Below the pieces are notes generated by a model. The model made no database searches. It was not told where the DNA came from and saw only the letters and a program-made list of their open reading frames with translations. Both the position numbers and the translations under genes were made by a program. A DNA stretch of 64,000 nucleotides, from the NCBI GenBank assembly GCA_948514425.1, contig CAOQYN010000001.1, forward strand, positions 26,605 to 90,604. Reading direction: 5' to 3'. Within the stretch, counting starts at the first letter, position 1; the number at the start of each line of letters is the position of its first letter. This document shows, piece after piece, positions 60,681 through 64,000 of this stretch. Source of the DNA: an uncultured Candidatus Saccharibacteria bacterium (GTDB taxonomy: Bacteria > Patescibacteriota > Saccharimonadia > Saccharimonadales > Saccharimonadaceae).

Positions 60681-60756
60681 TGGTCGGGGCGACTGGACTC
60701 GAACCAGCGACCTCACGGTCCCAAACCGTGTGCGCTACCAACTGTGCTACGCCCCG
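60681..60756 (-). tRNA. tRNA-Pro (TGG)
   Basis: Reverse complement CGGGGCGTAGCACAGTTGGTAGC...TTTGGGA...GGTTCGAGTCC...CCCGACCA. Confidence 0.96.
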
Positions 60757-60868
60757 ATAACCAGATTATAACACGGATACAGAGAAAATACTAGAGTAAT
60801 TCCACCAAAAAGAATAAATAATATTACCATCGACAAAAAACACCCCTCAAGGGCACAACTCACAATAA

Positions 60869-60945
60869 TGGCGGAACCGACGAGACTCGAACTCGCGACC
60901 TCCGCCGTGACAGGGCGGCGCTCTAACCAACTGAGCTACGATTCC
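60869..60945 (-). tRNA. tRNA-Asp (GTC)
   Basis: Reverse complement GGAATCGTAGCTCAGTTGGTTAGAGC...CTGTCAC...GTTCGAGTC...TCCGCCA. Confidence 0.96.
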
Positions 60946-61062
60946 ATATCGCCATTATAACTCATTTCTGAGCTGTACGCAAGAGTAAAAAGAAAAATGC
61001 CCACGATATTGCTGTGGGCATTTTGGAATAAAGGACATGATGAAATGATAATAAAAGGGAAC

Positions 61063-61362
61063 TTAGGCTGTAGCGAGGGCTAGTATCTTTTCACAGACGC
61101 TAGCGACTAATTCCTTCAAAGCGTTACGGCCAATCTCGACTTTCCGATCGTCGGGTAAACGATCCCAAGGAACGCCATCTACCTGCTCTTGATAGCCAAG
61201 TGGTTTGTTATTGCATCCCTTATAATTAAGAATCACCTGATCTGGCGTTTCCGAGCACGCATCATCAAAGCTCGCCAAATCAAACCCGCCCGTTGGAGCG
61301 AACATCTTTCCAGCCTTTGCGACTGTTATCATCTTATCAATGTTACTACTAGGATTACTCAT
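61063..61362 (-). CDS. Hypothetical protein
   Basis: TTGACT..TATAAT promoter, AAGGAGG SD, terminator at ~60995-61024. Confidence 0.65.
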   Translation of the reverse strand: MSNPSSNIDKMITVAKAGKMFAPTGGFDLASFDDACSETPDQVILNYKGCNNKPLGYQEQVDGVPWDRLPDDRKVEIGRNALKELVASVCEKILALATA

Positions 61363-61514
61363 ACCATAATCCTCCTTTCTTTTTCTCACGAAACCGTGGT
61401 AATATGTATTATACATCATATACTAATTTTAGTCAATACCTATAATATATTTGCATAATATTTATTAGCCCACAGGTTTATCTTTATGTAATTCCATGAT
61501 AGAATCGAAGTTAT

Positions 61515-61590
61515 CAGGGTGTGGCGCAGCTGGTAGCGCGCGCGGTTCGGGACTGCGAGGTCGTCGGTTCAAATCCGATCACCCTGACCA
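61515..61590 (+). tRNA. tRNA-Pro (CGG)
   Basis: CAGGGTGTGGCGCAGCTGGTAGC...TTCGGGA...GGTTCAAATCC...CTGACCA. Confidence 0.96.
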
Positions 61591-61628
61591 ACAAGAATAA
61601 AGAATATCATACAGATCTGTTTTGGCTT

Positions 61629-61830
61629 CGGACGTAATTCGGTTTCGACAGCGGAGGGGGAAAGCATCCCAACGGTAGTTGCTGTCCGACGGGTAGACCT
61701 CAGCAGGATTCACGCCCAAGGCGTAGGCAACAGAAGCAGATGTGGCTACACGCGACCAGCCATAGAAATTGCGGCCGACGACGTAAGCCTTACCGGCATT
61801 AAGACTGATATACCCACTACGGACAAAAGC
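61629..61830 (+). ncRNA. Unassigned structured RNA candidate
   Basis: GC-rich non-coding stretch with nested complementary segments and a tmRNA-like GGTTTCGAC near its 5' end. Confidence 0.4.
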
Positions 61831-62354
61831 TAAGGGTAGGGAGATGATGTTGGAGACTGCTCGAGCCCTAAGAGATAACGCTTCCTATCTAACCCACCAG
61901 TATAACCAGTTAGATTCCCACTAGAACCGATAACTCGATGACAGGGAATTATGATCGGGATTGGATTGCGCCCAATAGCGTTACCGACGGCTTGAGCAGC
62001 CATATCGGATTTACCTAATTGTTCAGCAATTTTTCGTGCAATTTCACCATATGTCATGGTCTGCCCATACGGAATATCAGTCAGCAACCGCCAAACAGCA
62101 TTTTGAAAATCCGTACCGCAAACATCAAGCAAAATATTATTCGGATCAGGATTTTCTCCAGCAAAATAAGATTCGAGCCAAGCTTTAGTTTGTATCAGGA
62201 CTGTATTATCTTTATTCATTATTGCTTGGTCTTGCACTTTCCGCTTTGAGTCTACCTGATCATTAAACCCTAACCCAGTAAGCGCAGTTTTATTCGCAGT
62301 AAGAATAATTTTACCCAGCGGGGAATCAAAGTAAGTCTGGAACAATAGTTGCAT
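61830..62354 (-). CDS. ogt: Methylated-DNA-protein-cysteine methyltransferase
   Basis: SPLG, GTDFQ, IPYG, NPIPIIIPCHRV. Confidence 0.95.
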   Translation of the reverse strand: MQLLFQTYFDSPLGKIILTANKTALTGLGFNDQVDSKRKVQDQAIMNKDNTVLIQTKAWLESYFAGENPDPNNILLDVCGTDFQNAVWRLLTDIPYGQTMTYGEIARKIAEQLGKSDMAAQAVGNAIGRNPIPIIIPCHRVIGSSGNLTGYTGGLDRKRYLLGLEQSPTSSPYP

Positions 62355-62403
62355 TATATCTATTTTAACCCAACTATCTGTAATCGTGATAGAATTAATG
62401 CAG

Positions 62404-62478
62404 CGGGGCTTAGCGCAGTGGTAGCGCGCACGCCTGGGGGGCGTGAGGTCGCCAGTTCGATCCTGGTAGCCCCGACCA
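62404..62478 (+). tRNA. tRNA-Pro (GGG)
   Basis: CGGGGCTTAGCGCAGTGGTAGC...CTGGGGG...AGTTCGATCCT...CCCGACCA. Confidence 0.95.
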
Positions 62479-62508
62479 ATCTAAAAACGCGCCATAAAGG
62501 AGGTACAA

Positions 62509-62829
62509 ATGAATTTCTTGTTAACATTATTAATCGGTATTATTGCGGGCGTGATTGACGTACTTCCCATGATCAAGATGAAAGTAGATAAATATTCCTG
62601 CTTATCGGCATTTGCATATTACGTTATACTCCCTTTCGTAATATTTGGAGTTAATTGGTTTGGAGACCTGTGGTGGCTTAGAGGCGGATTCGTAGCTATC
62701 CTCATGGCCGTTCCGACTATTGTCCTAGTTACCAAAGAAGACAAAAAGAGCCCAATCATGATGGCCGTCATGTCAATCGTTTTGGGCAGCATTATCGGCG
62801 TCGTGGGGCACTTGCTTAATCTAATGTAG
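62509..62829 (+). CDS. Small 4-TM membrane protein
   Basis: AAGGAGG SD; GIIAGVIDVLPM. Confidence 0.8.
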   Translation: MNFLLTLLIGIIAGVIDVLPMIKMKVDKYSCLSAFAYYVILPFVIFGVNWFGDLWWLRGGFVAILMAVPTIVLVTKEDKKSPIMMAVMSIVLGSIIGVVGHLLNLM

Positions 62830-62919
62830 TTCCGCCCAACGGGCACGCGCCTATTGCATAAATGATAGTTTTCGTAGTACCATGAATATAGTTATCCTAA
62901 CTTTACTAAGGGAGTCATA

Positions 62920-63622
62920 GTGAAAAAAATAAGAATCATCTGCAATCTAATCATTGTCTTTTGCGTGATTTTAGGTATTTTTTTGAACTACCAAAGCCCT
63001 AATCATTCCAAGAGCATCTTGCTCTATTACACAATCCAAAGCAACATACTCCTTGCCCTCATCTGTTTAATATTTTCTATTTACGACTTAACTAAGAAGC
63101 ACACAGCGAATTTCTTATACCTCATCAAATATATTTTCACTATTGCTATAGCTATTACTGGAGTAGCCTTTAACTTATTCCTCGCGCCGCAACAAATAGA
63201 ATACTACGGCTTCGCCAAAACGTACAGCTTAGCATCAACCCTACTCCATGTAGTAACTCCAATTTTGGGTTTAATTTCTTATTTATTATTCGACAAGACT
63301 CCGTTGAAGAAAAAAATCGATCTCTACGGCTTGATTGTGCCATTAGGATATTTTGCACTCATTATTGGGCTTTCGACCATAAAGAATGTTTACTTGTTCA
63401 GAAATCTTGATGGTACTCCAACAAAATTCCCCCTATTTCTTCCTCGACTACATCAACAACGGCTGGTTCACTCTATCCAGCAACATATATGAATTGGGCA
63501 CATTCTATTGGGTTATCATCATGGTGGTAGTTGTAGCTATTATAAGTCTAGTACTCCGTTTTGCTCAAAAGAAAATTTCCCAAACAAACTCCCATAAAAA
63601 ATATATCAAAACATTACCCTGA
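62920..63622 (+). pseudogene. Pr6Pr-family membrane protein with a +1 frameshift in a C5 run (63429-63433)
   Basis: YYTIQSNI, LLHVVTP; removing one C restores FPYFFLD and the last TM helix. Confidence 0.75.
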
Positions 63623-63698
63623 GCAATAATGAAAAACACATTCTTCATAGCAAACGAAACAGAAGCCATAGAGATGCTAAATGACATCGAGTAACCGT

Positions 63699-64000
63699 TT
63701 AGTCCAAAATCGCGATCACAATATTTAGGTAGCCAGCAAAAGTAACCCAGAGCAAGTATGGCAACAAGCACCACATGGCCCCCTTGTGATTTCTAGCTCC
63801 CCAAATTACCAACGCCAGTATCATTATCCATAATGCGATTAACCAACCAAATGCAAACCACCGCCAGCCAAAATTAAAGAAAAAGATTGACCAAAAGAAG
63901 TTAAAAATCAACTGAACGTCATAAATTGTGAAGAAAGCTGATTTTACTTTTGCTGTGACCCGCTTATTGTCCGAATAAATCCATACTAGGAAGCACGCCA
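63699..64000 (-). CDS. tspO: TspO/MBR family protein (5' end outside window)
   Basis: QLIFNFFWSIFFF and LLPYLLWVTFAGYLN; frame open to the window edge. Confidence 0.9.
   Translation of the reverse strand, partial: ACFLVWIYSDNKRVTAKVKSAFFTIYDVQLIFNFFWSIFFFNFGWRWFAFGWLIALWIMILALVIWGARNHKGAMWCLLPYLLWVTFAGYLNIVIAILD

Noticed and set aside
61629..61830. Calling this a complete tmRNA, RNase P RNA or SRP RNA
   Set aside because: It lacks the tmRNA 3' T-arm/CCA, the RNase P GAGGAAAGTCC and the SRP GGAA domain IV motif; kept only as unassigned.

Overview
Chromosomal origin region of a small-genome bacterium. Gene content and style point to Candidatus Saccharibacteria (TM7, Patescibacteria/CPR); this is inference. 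Layout: dnaN(partial)-oriC-dnaA | rpmH-rnpA-yidC-jag; a truncated LexA; an LCP protein; a ricin-lectin surface protein; a ~23 kb rhamnan/cell-surface polysaccharide locus (GTs, RgpF-like protein, rfbACDB, flippase, wzm/wzt, galE, priming GT, GT4, ligase); tRNA-fMet; orphan single-gene cassettes around nusA; CIRCE-controlled dnaK and dnaJ; an internally deleted IS200; ackA; an ATP-grasp/RimK module; comEC, tsaE, tsaB, rny; an AT-rich islet at tRNA-Pro; four more tRNAs; ogt; tspO (partial). Best candidates for new biology: (1) a stand-alone CdiA-type PD-(D/E)xK nuclease whose last codons encode a sigma70 promoter driving a ~50-nt hairpin RNA, a candidate toxin/RNA-antitoxin pair; (2) oriC-like DnaA-box arrays, some with a CCGAACA co-motif, written into coding sequences; (3) an unassigned ~200-nt structured RNA after tRNA-Pro(CGG); (4) a GT8-GT2 fusion joined through a G9 tract; (5) pervasive leaderless genes alongside SD-led orphan cassettes that share a boxA-like leader motif. 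All calls were made by eye with no database searches.
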